A DNA stretch of 36,109 bases from Chlamydiia bacterium. GTDB lineage: Bacteria; Chlamydiota; Chlamydiia; Chlamydiales; JBMOFD01. Position 1 is the stretch's first letter. Every line of letters begins with the position of its first letter. Under the pieces are notes generated by a model. The model ran no database searches. It saw nothing but the letters and a program-made list of their open reading frames with translations, and had not been told where the DNA came from. A program made the translations under genes and the position numbers. Below are positions 18,278-26,554 of the stretch, piece after piece. The stretch is taken from NCBI GenBank assembly GCA_049314435.1, contig JBMOFD010000010.1, positions 1 to 36,109 on the forward strand, in the 5' to 3' direction.

Positions 18278-20050
18278 ATGGACAACAAGATGCAACGACG
18301 CACGAAGATCATCTGCACGATGGGGCCCGCCGTGAACACGCCGGAGACCATCCTACAGTTGCTGGATGCCGGGATGAATGTGGCCCGCATTAACTTCAGC
18401 CATGGCACTCATGAAGAACATGAGAAAGTCATCCGCATGTTACAGGAGGCTCGCGCTGCCACGAAGCAACCCCTGGCGATCATGCTGGATACCAAGGGTC
18501 CTGAAATCCGGGTGGGACGCTCCTGGAAAGAACGCTCTCTACAGGCTCACGAACATATCTGGATGGGCCCTGAAAGTCCTGGCTCTATCCCCGTGAATCC
18601 CATAGAGACGCTCAGCTGTATGCAGCCTGGGATGACGGTGCTGTTTGATGACGGCTATCTCATGGCGAAGATCCTCCGCAGCGATCCCACTCAAGGTGTG
18701 GAGATCGAGATCCTCAACGATGGGGTGCTCAAAGCGGGCAAAAGCATCAACCTCCCAGGGGCCACGGTCAACCTGCCGGCGCTCACCGAACAGGACAAGA
18801 AAGATCTGGCCTTTGGTGTGCAGATGGGCGTCGATCTCGTGGCCGCAAGCTTCGTGCGTTCGGCCGACCATGTGCATCAGATTCGTCAGTGGCTCAGCAC
18901 GCTGGGAGCTCCCGATGTGCAGATTGTGGCTAAGATTGAAAACGCCCAAGGCATCCGCAACTTCGATGAGATCGTGCGCGTGTCTGACGGGATTATGGTC
19001 GCTCGTGGGGACCTCGGTGTGGAACTCCCCATTGCTCAGGTGCCGCGTCTCCAGAAGATGATGATCCGAAAGTGCTTCCAGGCCAGCAAGCCGGTGGTGA
19101 CCGCCACGCAGATGCTCGAATCGATGATCCACCACCCACGTCCGACACGGGCTGAGGTGAGTGATGTAGCGAATGCGATCTATGACAGCACCTCTGCCGT
19201 GATGCTCTCCGGCGAGACGGCGGTGGGGGCCTATCCGGTGGATGCGGTACGCACCATGCGTGAGGTGATCGAGGAGACGGAGCAAGACATCAACTTCAGG
19301 GACCTTGCTCTGGTGTTAGGCCAGCAGATGGGGGAGCAGGATATCCCCACAGCTGTGGCCCTGGCCAGTGTGAAGACCGCCTATGCGAGCGGAGCCAGAG
19401 CGATCTTTGCCTTCACCCATAGTGGAGCGACCGCCCGGTTGATCAGTCGGCTACGGCCTGCGATGCCCATCCTAGGGTTCACGCCCCTGGAACGACGTTA
19501 TCATCAGATGTCGCTGCTCTGGGGAGTGATCCCGTGCCATTCATCAGCGGACTTCCAGCGGAATCAAGCATTTGAGGCGGCCTATCAAGAAGGGCTTCGA
19601 CTCGGTCTCGTAGAGAATGGAGATCTGGTTGTGGTGATTGCCGGGACGCCCTTTGGGGTGCCCGGTTCGACCAACTCGATGATTGTAGAGACCATCGGGG
19701 ATCTAGTAGCTCGTGGGCAACCTGGAGTGGGTTCCCGGGTGGCAGGAGCACTGCATCGTGTCCCGGCCTCCCAGGAGTTAGCGACGCGAGTCCCCTCGAA
19801 GAGCATCCTCTTGGTAGAGGACCACTTCCTCACGCCCGAATTGGCACGCGATGCAGCGGGGATCATTCTGATTGAGGGCACCCATATTTCCGAAGGGGAG
19901 CGTCAGGAGCAGCGGACTTGGCTGAAGAAGCTGGGTGTTGCTATGATTACCGTCTCGTCGTCACATCCTCTCCGTTGTGAAGAGGGCGAAGTGGTGACGA
20001 TCGATCCGCGGCGAGGACTCATTTTCCGTGGAGAACCCTCTCCAGAATAG
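18278..20050 (+). CDS. pyk: Pyruvate kinase with C-terminal PEP-utiliser-like extension
   Basis: RRTKIICTMGP, RINFSHG, LDTKGPEIR, AKIEN, GIMVARGDLGVE, ATQMLESM and RPTRAE.SDVANA. Start at 18278 or 18290 rather than 18206. Confidence 0.97.
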   Translation: MDNKMQRRTKIICTMGPAVNTPETILQLLDAGMNVARINFSHGTHEEHEKVIRMLQEARAATKQPLAIMLDTKGPEIRVGRSWKERSLQAHEHIWMGPESPGSIPVNPIETLSCMQPGMTVLFDDGYLMAKILRSDPTQGVEIEILNDGVLKAGKSINLPGATVNLPALTEQDKKDLAFGVQMGVDLVAASFVRSADHVHQIRQWLSTLGAPDVQIVAKIENAQGIRNFDEIVRVSDGIMVARGDLGVELPIAQVPRLQKMMIRKCFQASKPVVTATQMLESMIHHPRPTRAEVSDVANAIYDSTSAVMLSGETAVGAYPVDAVRTMREVIEETEQDINFRDLALVLGQQMGEQDIPTAVALASVKTAYASGARAIFAFTHSGATARLISRLRPAMPILGFTPLERRYHQMSLLWGVIPCHSSADFQRNQAFEAAYQEGLRLGLVENGDLVVVIAGTPFGVPGSTNSMIVETIGDLVARGQPGVGSRVAGALHRVPASQELATRVPSKSILLVEDHFLTPELARDAAGIILIEGTHISEGERQEQRTWLKKLGVAMITVSSSHPLRCEEGEVVTIDPRRGLIFRGEPSPE

Positions 20051-20057
20051 CGGTCCC

Positions 20058-20744
20058 ATGCCTGTCCATACGTTCTACCAACAGCAGCTACCAGCTTCCG
20101 GTGATTCATTCATTGCTGATGAGAAGGCTCATCTTCGGGTGGTGCGGATGCGCCCAGGGGAAGAAGCGCTCTTCCTCGATGGCCGTGGCGGTGTGGCTCG
20201 TTGCGTCCAGAAAGATGCCAAGACCCAGCTATGGGAAGTGGTCGCCTTGGAACAGCGTCCCCAGCCAACGCCTCAGGGATTGCTCATGCCTATATTGCGT
20301 GGAGCCAAATTCGACTGGGTGGTGGAAAAGAGTGTGGAACTGGGCATCACCCACCTGGGTATCTTCCCGGCACAGAAGAGCCACGAAGGTGCCATCAAGC
20401 CTGATCGGCTCCAGAACTTGATCATCGCGGCAATGAAGCAGTCAGGAGCCGTTTTTCTGCCTGTGATTGACCAGCTGCCTCCCATTGTTCAGTGGAGCTC
20501 CATCCCTTGGGGCCTCTCACATCTCTATTTTGGCAGTCTGGAGACTGATGCACGCTGGATACGAGAGGTGTCCATCCAAAGGCCCTGGTGTTGGGCAGCG
20601 GGTCCCGAATCGGGATGGAGTGAAGAGGAGGAGAAGGCCCTCAGAAAGCTAGGTGGACGTCCAGTTCGTCTGCATTCTCTTGTGTTGAGGGCGGAGACGG
20701 CCGCCATCTGCGGACTGAGCTGCCTGGCTGCACTCCAAGAGTAG
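20058..20744 (+). CDS. rsmE: 16S rRNA m3U1498 methyltransferase
   Basis: HLRVVRM, VEKSVELG, AAMKQS, GPESGWS..E and VLRAETA motifs; ATG 7 bp after the pyk stop. Confidence 0.93.
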   Translation: MPVHTFYQQQLPASGDSFIADEKAHLRVVRMRPGEEALFLDGRGGVARCVQKDAKTQLWEVVALEQRPQPTPQGLLMPILRGAKFDWVVEKSVELGITHLGIFPAQKSHEGAIKPDRLQNLIIAAMKQSGAVFLPVIDQLPPIVQWSSIPWGLSHLYFGSLETDARWIREVSIQRPWCWAAGPESGWSEEEEKALRKLGGRPVRLHSLVLRAETAAICGLSCLAALQE

Positions 20745-20786
20745 TATCTAGCTACTGGGTGGGCGCTGGGCTGCGGCAGGCAGTCG

Positions 20787-21572
20787 CTACAGCAACGGCC
20801 TCCCAGTCATTCGCAGCACAAAGGAAATGGCATCAGAATCCGTATCTACTTCTCTTGCGAGTCGATCGTAAAAAAGCTGGCACTCTTCCAGCGGCCCACT
20901 TGAGTCGAAAGTCAATGACGGGAATACCGAAAGCGATGCTTCGTAATATCGCTGGACTCGGTCTCTGTAATGCCTAAGTCGATTAACGACCACCCCAGGA
21001 GTGTCATTGATCTTAGTGCTGAGTGGATGGCTACAATGGTCGCACACCCCATCAAGAATGGGCTGTGCCGCAACGCCATTGTACACGTGGCCGCAGTCTG
21101 AGCACACGGAGCGATTTAGAATTCTGGCCTCGCACATATCGTCAGGCGAATTCAAATAGAGTAGAAAGGTCCGATCTAAAAGTCCTTGCTCATGTAATAG
21201 ATGACGTATTGTGTCGAGCTCGCCCTCATTTTGTCCAAAACCGTCTAGAATGCATGAGCTGCGATCCATCCGACATTGACTAATGGCTTTCTCCAACAGC
21301 GCTTCCACGATCTTTGGATCAACATATCTGCCGTTTCTAACCGTTTCCTCGATTTCAATCCCAAGCAGGGTTCTCTGCTTGATTTCGTATCGCAGAAGAT
21401 CCCCAATGCATATATGGCTATATCCGTAGCGGTCCTTCATGTGCTGAGAAAAAGTGCCCTTGCCGGATCCTGGAGGTCCAACTAGAATGATCACAGGCTC
21501 AAACGCGTATAGTATAACGGAGCTGTACAGACATGCTAGTATAGCAGCTCGTTGCGAAAGCATCTTTAACAT
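20787..21572 (-). CDS. Adenylate kinase-like NMP kinase with Zn-LID, divergent NMP pocket and N-terminal signal-like extension
   Basis: GPPGSGKGT, GDLLR, ILDGF, LID CSDC...CDHC; canonical GFPR appears as GFGQ. Confidence 0.85.
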   Translation of the reverse strand: MLKMLSQRAAILACLYSSVILYAFEPVIILVGPPGSGKGTFSQHMKDRYGYSHICIGDLLRYEIKQRTLLGIEIEETVRNGRYVDPKIVEALLEKAISQCRMDRSSCILDGFGQNEGELDTIRHLLHEQGLLDRTFLLYLNSPDDMCEARILNRSVCSDCGHVYNGVAAQPILDGVCDHCSHPLSTKINDTPGVVVNRLRHYRDRVQRYYEASLSVFPSLTFDSSGPLEECQLFYDRLAREVDTDSDAISFVLRMTGRPLL

Positions 21573-21575
21573 CGA

Positions 21576-22289
21576 TTAGTCCTGAATATTCTCTTCAATT
21601 AGGCGGTCGGAATGGTGTTTCAGGCAGACTCTTAAGTTCTCATAGTGTGTGGGTCTGAATTTATTCAAGGTTTGCAGAATATATGAGATCGCTAGCTGCG
21701 AGTAGACTTCCCCTTCCAAATCTTTAATCACTATATGTGCGCTGTCTTGGGTCGGGTCTAGGAACAGTTTCTGATTCGGCAAGGCCATCTCAAAGAAGGT
21801 CTTCTGAATCATTTCGAGAGAGTAATTCTTCTCACGCATGTCGCGGTGCAGTCTGCGCTGGTAACGTATTCCAGGCCCTACATCTATAAAGACCCTCAAC
21901 CCAGGTATGACCTCTAGAGGGCGCTGGGTAGCATGAATCCCTTCAATCACCACTACAGGTTTCCACGGGATATGTCTCCACCCCGAGGGCATCCATGAAG
22001 AGAAATCATAGACAGGAGAGTCAATCGCTTGGCCCTCGCGGAGGGCAGCTATATGGCGGATCAATAGTTCCCAGTTGATCATGGACGGGTGATCAAAGTT
22101 GGGAATGCCGTCAATGAAACGAGCTTCAGGTTGAACTCGCTTGTCCAGGTAGTCGTCTAGGTTGATACACGCCGCAGTCGCCTCTCCCAATCTATTGACT
22201 AGAGATTGAGCGAATGAGGTTTTTCCGGAGCCCGAACCACCAGTAATGAAAATGAAGCTAGGCTCATTGGACGAAGCTGAGGTGTCCAT
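21576..22289 (-). CDS. Uridine/cytidine kinase-like nucleoside kinase
   Basis: ITGGSGSGKT, DDY, NFDHP, PVYDF, VIEGI and RR..RD; ATG at 22289 has a GAGAGG RBS. Confidence 0.88.
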   Translation of the reverse strand: MDTSASSNEPSFIFITGGSGSGKTSFAQSLVNRLGEATAACINLDDYLDKRVQPEARFIDGIPNFDHPSMINWELLIRHIAALREGQAIDSPVYDFSSWMPSGWRHIPWKPVVVIEGIHATQRPLEVIPGLRVFIDVGPGIRYQRRLHRDMREKNYSLEMIQKTFFEMALPNQKLFLDPTQDSAHIVIKDLEGEVYSQLAISYILQTLNKFRPTHYENLRVCLKHHSDRLIEENIQD

Positions 22290-22959
22290 CAGCGGCCTCT
22301 CGTGAAATAACGTACTCGATAATCCCAGCCGGCGAGTGGCATAGCGCAGTCGCTCCGGCTTCTTCCAATTCCTCTCGGGTGCCATAGCCATACGTCACGC
22401 CCAGGGACAAAATACCATTTTGTGCCGCGGCCATCACATCAAATTTACGATCTCCTACCATCAATGCGTCATCCTTGAGCTCATGCGCTAGAGCGCGGTG
22501 AAGCAGTAAACCCTTGTCGCTCTGAACGTCGTCAAGATGGGGCCCATAGATCCTTTCGAAATACTGACCGATCCCTAGATGGCTCAGGACCCTAGAGGCA
22601 AAAACCTCGGGCTTCGAGGTCGCAACGAAGAGGCGATGACCTGCCTGATGCAAGCTTGACAGCATCGACTCTATGCCCGCATAAAGTTCGGCTTCGTAGA
22701 TACCAATCCCCTGATAGCGTTCCCTGTAGCTGTTTAGAGCGGCCTGCAACGCATTCTCAGAGGGGTTGTTGATCAACATTCTAAAAATATCCTGTAGGCT
22801 ATATCCAATACACCACGCTAGGTCGCGCGCCGGCGGAATGGGTACTCCCAACTCATCGAGTGCAAATCGAATGCTCTTTGTGATGCCGTCTTTGGAGTCG
22901 ATGAGCGTTCCATCCAAATCAAAATAGATGCACCGTGGTCGCCTAAAAACGTGATTCAT
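22264..22959 (-). CDS. HAD-superfamily (IA) phosphatase, 5'-nucleotidase/Gph-like
   Basis: FDLDGTLIDS, ATSK, MVGDRKFD and GVTYGYG...EL..AGA. Confidence 0.92.
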   Translation of the reverse strand: MNHVFRRPRCIYFDLDGTLIDSKDGITKSIRFALDELGVPIPPARDLAWCIGYSLQDIFRMLINNPSENALQAALNSYRERYQGIGIYEAELYAGIESMLSSLHQAGHRLFVATSKPEVFASRVLSHLGIGQYFERIYGPHLDDVQSDKGLLLHRALAHELKDDALMVGDRKFDVMAAAQNGILSLGVTYGYGTREELEEAGATALCHSPAGIIEYVISREAADGHLSFVQ

Positions 22960-23374
22960 GAAACGGCACCCTTCTTTCGACTAGATCCAGAGCTTCGCGA
23001 ATATACGGAAGTGTAGGGTTAGGTAGACGGCTGCTGGAGGCAAAGAGAAGTTCAGATGCCTTCCCGTCACGGATAGTCGGCTCACCTGCCCAGTCCCTGA
23101 CGGAGTAGAAGAAGTTAACATACCTGGATCCCCCGCTGGGTTGTCGAACCAACGCTAATGCGAAGGAACAGTGCTCCGGATGGACCTGGATGCCCAATTC
23201 CTCAAAGAGCTCCCTTGTCAAGGCGTTCACCACTGACTCCTCTGACTCAATGTGTCCGCCAGGAAGAGACCACCAGCCATTGGCAAAGGAGGTATTAATG
23301 CGCCTTTGCATCAATACACCTTCCCCTTTCTGCAAAATGCCATAAACACTAAGTTTTGTAAGAATTCCAGTCAT
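22943..23374 (-). CDS. NUDIX hydrolase
   Basis: Complete Nudix box G-HIESE-E-SVVNALT-RELFEELGI. Confidence 0.93.
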   Translation of the reverse strand: MTGILTKLSVYGILQKGEGVLMQRRINTSFANGWWSLPGGHIESEESVVNALTRELFEELGIQVHPEHCSFALALVRQPSGGSRYVNFFYSVRDWAGEPTIRDGKASELLFASSSRLPNPTLPYIREALDLVERRVPFHESRF

Positions 23375-24170
23375 CTTTCACTTCAGGATATAGTTGATCG
23401 ATCTCGTTTAAGATAATTTCTAGTTGTGCTCTCACCGTTCTTTCATCAACGTTCGGCGATGGATTGTCAAAGGTCTTTGGCTTGCCTATTGGCTGAAGTG
23501 TATACAGATTCTCGCGATTGGTTTCAGATGCCAGAACCAGCGTGATCATCGAGCCAACCGACTTTAAATCGATGGCTATCTGGTGGGGGAATTCCCTTCC
23601 CAGAAAATAGATGGAACCCTGCTGTTCGATCTTTCGATCAATTCGCTCCACACGTACATTCTTGGCCCATTCAGGTCGATACTTTCCGGTGGAGCTATCT
23701 CTAGCAGCTAGTCGATACATCCCAAGATAGTGGTCAGGAGCGTTGCCTGACTTCAAACATTCATCGATTTTAGCATGATCATCTTCGACCAAATCAATCA
23801 CTCGAAAAAGATCATGTCTATAGGATCCTGAGATGAGCATAGATGCAAAATCCCAGGCGTGAGAATGGATCGGAGTCGTCGCTTCTAGCTGATTCTTGTT
23901 CCAGAAATGCAGTCTTAGTTTTGCGCAATTAGAAAGGCGGCAAATGCCCAGCTTAAAAAACTTATTCGGATGAAAGTAGGAGTTTTCAACTATTTCGGAT
24001 GGAATTTGATTGTCCAGTAGATGAAAAATGAACTGTCGTATTCCGGCTATGCCAATGCCGCTCAGAGCCTGCACATACTTTGATGGCCTGGATTCCGGCC
24101 TGTCGTCACCGAGCAACTCCAGGAGGTATTCCTCCAGCCCGTTCTTGGTTGGGTTTAAGGCTGTCTTCAT
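23349..24170 (-). CDS. Uncharacterised cupin / cysteine-dioxygenase-like protein
   Basis: KLRLHFW...PIHSHAWDFAS...G and later FPHQI...ITLV, i.e. an HxH...H metal triad in beta-rich motifs; overlaps the NUDIX gene. Confidence 0.6.
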   Translation of the reverse strand: MKTALNPTKNGLEEYLLELLGDDRPESRPSKYVQALSGIGIAGIRQFIFHLLDNQIPSEIVENSYFHPNKFFKLGICRLSNCAKLRLHFWNKNQLEATTPIHSHAWDFASMLISGSYRHDLFRVIDLVEDDHAKIDECLKSGNAPDHYLGMYRLAARDSSTGKYRPEWAKNVRVERIDRKIEQQGSIYFLGREFPHQIAIDLKSVGSMITLVLASETNRENLYTLQPIGKPKTFDNPSPNVDERTVRAQLEIILNEIDQLYPEVKDDWNSYKT

Positions 24171-24174
24171 TCCG

Positions 24175-24831
24175 CTAACATCCTTTCAACCGTACCAGAG
24201 CGTCTTTGGGGCTGGCCGCTTCAAAGATCGCTCTTCCAATGATTGGGTAGTTGCCACCAGCCTTTAATACGCTTTGATAGGTGCCGCCCTGATGGCCTAC
24301 GCCACAACATACTATGGTCTTTCCAGGACCGACAATTTCTCTGATTTTTGAAATCCTATCAGGTCTATTTCCTGGGGCCTGTACTCCGTAGACGTCACAC
24401 ATCCCGGCCATTTTTGCTACATCCAGGGCGATAGGACCTGTGAATAGCAGTCCGCCTGGATTGGTTAGTTCAATCTGCACAATAATCCCTAGCTCCCCGT
24501 TAGCTGCTTGCACGCAGCCCTCAAGGCTGTCGGGCCCAGTCATGCCGTGCACCATAATCGCCGCTGCCCCTTGGTCCTTCACCATTTGTACAATTTTGTT
24601 GTTGGTGTGGGGAACGTCGGCCACCTTAAAGTCAGCAAAAATTGGCTTATTGTACCTATCCTTAAACCTACGAATGCACTGAACTCCTTCCTTAAGAGCT
24701 AGAAATCCAGAAAGTTTAATGACGTCAATGTCATCGCAGATTTCATCTAAAATCCGGAAATTTTCCTCAGAACTTGGAAGATCAGCTGCAAAGATAATGC
24801 CTGTCTTCCACTCGCCAAAATAGTTCTTCAC
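24175..24831 (-). CDS. pyrF: Orotidine-5'-phosphate decarboxylase homologue, archaeal-type
   Basis: AAD, IK, catalytic DFKVADVPHT (DxKxxDxxxT), ELTNPG, GVG.QGG and IIGRAI; GTG start. Confidence 0.85.
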   Translation of the reverse strand: MKNYFGEWKTGIIFAADLPSSEENFRILDEICDDIDVIKLSGFLALKEGVQCIRRFKDRYNKPIFADFKVADVPHTNNKIVQMVKDQGAAAIMVHGMTGPDSLEGCVQAANGELGIIVQIELTNPGGLLFTGPIALDVAKMAGMCDVYGVQAPGNRPDRISKIREIVGPGKTIVCCGVGHQGGTYQSVLKAGGNYPIIGRAIFEAASPKDALVRLKGC

Positions 24832-24846
24832 TTTTCTAGGTCCAAA

Positions 24847-25131
24847 TTATATTGCCATAAGGTGAGCTTCGAATTCCTTGAGCACCTCTAGCATCTTCTC
24901 CTTAGAAGCGGCTTCGGAGAGCGTAAATCTGAGGTCTGAATAGATGAGCAATAGGCAGTCAGATCTTTTGCAGATGAGCACGGGGGGGCTCCCGACTGAG
25001 ATCAATTTGAAGTCCAGTCTAACCAGAATAGATTCGATGGTTGGATTAGAAATGCTTCCATCGATACATCCCTCGCATTGAAATGAGCCGTGATTGTCTG
25101 CACATGGATGGATGTCGTTAAACTGAATCAT
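24847..25131 (-). CDS. Small Cys-rich hypothetical protein (94 aa), possible sulfur or metal carrier
   Basis: ATGA overlap with the desulfurase stop; PCAD and CEGC motifs; five Cys. Confidence 0.65.
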   Translation of the reverse strand: MIQFNDIHPCADNHGSFQCEGCIDGSISNPTIESILVRLDFKLISVGSPPVLICKRSDCLLLIYSDLRFTLSEAASKEKMLEVLKEFEAHLMAI

Positions 25132-26327
25132 CTTAAAGCTCCTGCCACGCCGCTAAACTCCGCAAGAGCCTGCAGAGCTATTTCTATTTGCTCGTGTGTG
25201 GAATTCCAGCCGAAGCTGAACCTCAAGGTTCCGGTCTCTAAAAGGTCTAGTTGTTGATGATGCAGCGGCGAGCAATGAAGTCCGCCTCGAATATGTATGT
25301 TTTGAGACTTTAAAAACGGCATCCATTGGAATTCAGGCGAACCAAATTCCGGCTTGATTCCAACGATTCCAATTCTCCTGTCGATCCCTCTTCTTCCGAT
25401 CAGCGTCAGGCCTTCGATTGCCTCGACCCCCTCTATAAATTGAGTCGTGAGATCCGTCTCCAATTGTCTGTGTCGGCTAAATTCAGCCTCCGCATATTCC
25501 AGCGAATCTACCATGGCTTGAATGGCGGGAAGATTCATCGTTCCCACTTCGACGAAAAGGCTATCTTCATCAAGCATTTCGGAGGCGGCGGAGTTTGCCC
25601 CCGTGCCGCCAAAGATAACAGCACGTAGAGGCTTTTTGGCGACGACGACGGCGGCCCCTGCCACCGAGTGCAGATGCTTGTGAGATGGGAAGACGATGAA
25701 ATCCGCTTTGTACAACCTGGCCAGAGATAGGGCACCTGCGGATTGACTCGCATCGATCAAAACGGACGTAGAGGGAGACAGTCTCCGCACGGTGTCTACG
25801 ATCTCTTCAACGGGATAGATAGAACCGGTTACATTGCTGACATGAGTTAAGCATAGAAGGTTTGGAGATCGGGATAGAATTTCAGCGAGCTCCACCTCCA
25901 AAAAATTGTCTTCCGCGTCATAGATCTTGGCTAAGATGCACTCACAGCGTCTTTTTAAGGAGAAGCAGGTTCTCGACACTGCATTGTGAGATCGATTGTC
26001 GAAGGCTATGCGAAACCCATCTTCAGCAAAGCCTTGGATAACCTGATTTAACCCAATCGTGGCTCCGCTAGTAAAGAAAATATGCCTCGAGGAGACTGTT
26101 AGAACTTTTCCAATTCGATCACGAAATTCCTGTAACCGGGTGTTCTTGACATGATGACGCGCGGCAGGAGGGCTAGAAATCGCCCTTAGAAACGAATCAA
26201 GCGCAACAAACGACTTTGGATAGGATGTCGTGGCATAGTCCAAATAGATTTGATCATCTAACCAGGGTTCAGGCTTATGGATCATTGTGGACTCGGAATT
26301 TGCACCCAACACACACTCAAGCTGCAT
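25128..26327 (-). CDS. PLP-dependent cysteine desulfurase (aminotransferase class V, group II-type motif)
   Basis: YLDYATTSYPK, THVSNVTG, DASQSAG, SHK (PLP Lys), GGTG, E.GT.N, RGGLHCSP (catalytic Cys) and GTLRFSFG. Confidence 0.9.
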   Translation of the reverse strand: MQLECVLGANSESTMIHKPEPWLDDQIYLDYATTSYPKSFVALDSFLRAISSPPAARHHVKNTRLQEFRDRIGKVLTVSSRHIFFTSGATIGLNQVIQGFAEDGFRIAFDNRSHNAVSRTCFSLKRRCECILAKIYDAEDNFLEVELAEILSRSPNLLCLTHVSNVTGSIYPVEEIVDTVRRLSPSTSVLIDASQSAGALSLARLYKADFIVFPSHKHLHSVAGAAVVVAKKPLRAVIFGGTGANSAASEMLDEDSLFVEVGTMNLPAIQAMVDSLEYAEAEFSRHRQLETDLTTQFIEGVEAIEGLTLIGRRGIDRRIGIVGIKPEFGSPEFQWMPFLKSQNIHIRGGLHCSPLHHQQLDLLETGTLRFSFGWNSTHEQIEIALQALAEFSGVAGALR

Positions 26328-26554
26328 TTTTCTTCCAATGCGCCGGCTATTCTACGCTACCTTGCAATTAGTTCCAGGAGGAGAGCGGATTGACGCTTTG
26401 GGTGATTTGTAAGATCGAGGAGGCTGTTGGTGGGCGTCTCTGGAGAATGGGAGGAACTTGCAATGCCGCCAAAGGAATGCCGTTCTGAGCCAGGGTGCTC
26501 CAAGGCGTAGCGAAGGCGTGTTTCATAGGCGCTGCGATGGGATGGAGGGCCTTG

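Noticed and set aside
22290..22391. Longer start for the uridine-kinase-like ORF
   Set aside because: It would overlap the HAD gene by over 120 bp; the ATG at 22289 has a good RBS.
26360..26380. Possible sigma54 promoter (TGGAAC...TTGCA) upstream of the nucleotide operon
   Set aside because: GG-to-GC spacing is 8 nt rather than the required 10.
20745..26554. Integrase, att sites or target duplications bounding the low-GC operon
   Set aside because: No matching flanking repeats or mobility genes were found by eye, so it is not called a mobile element.
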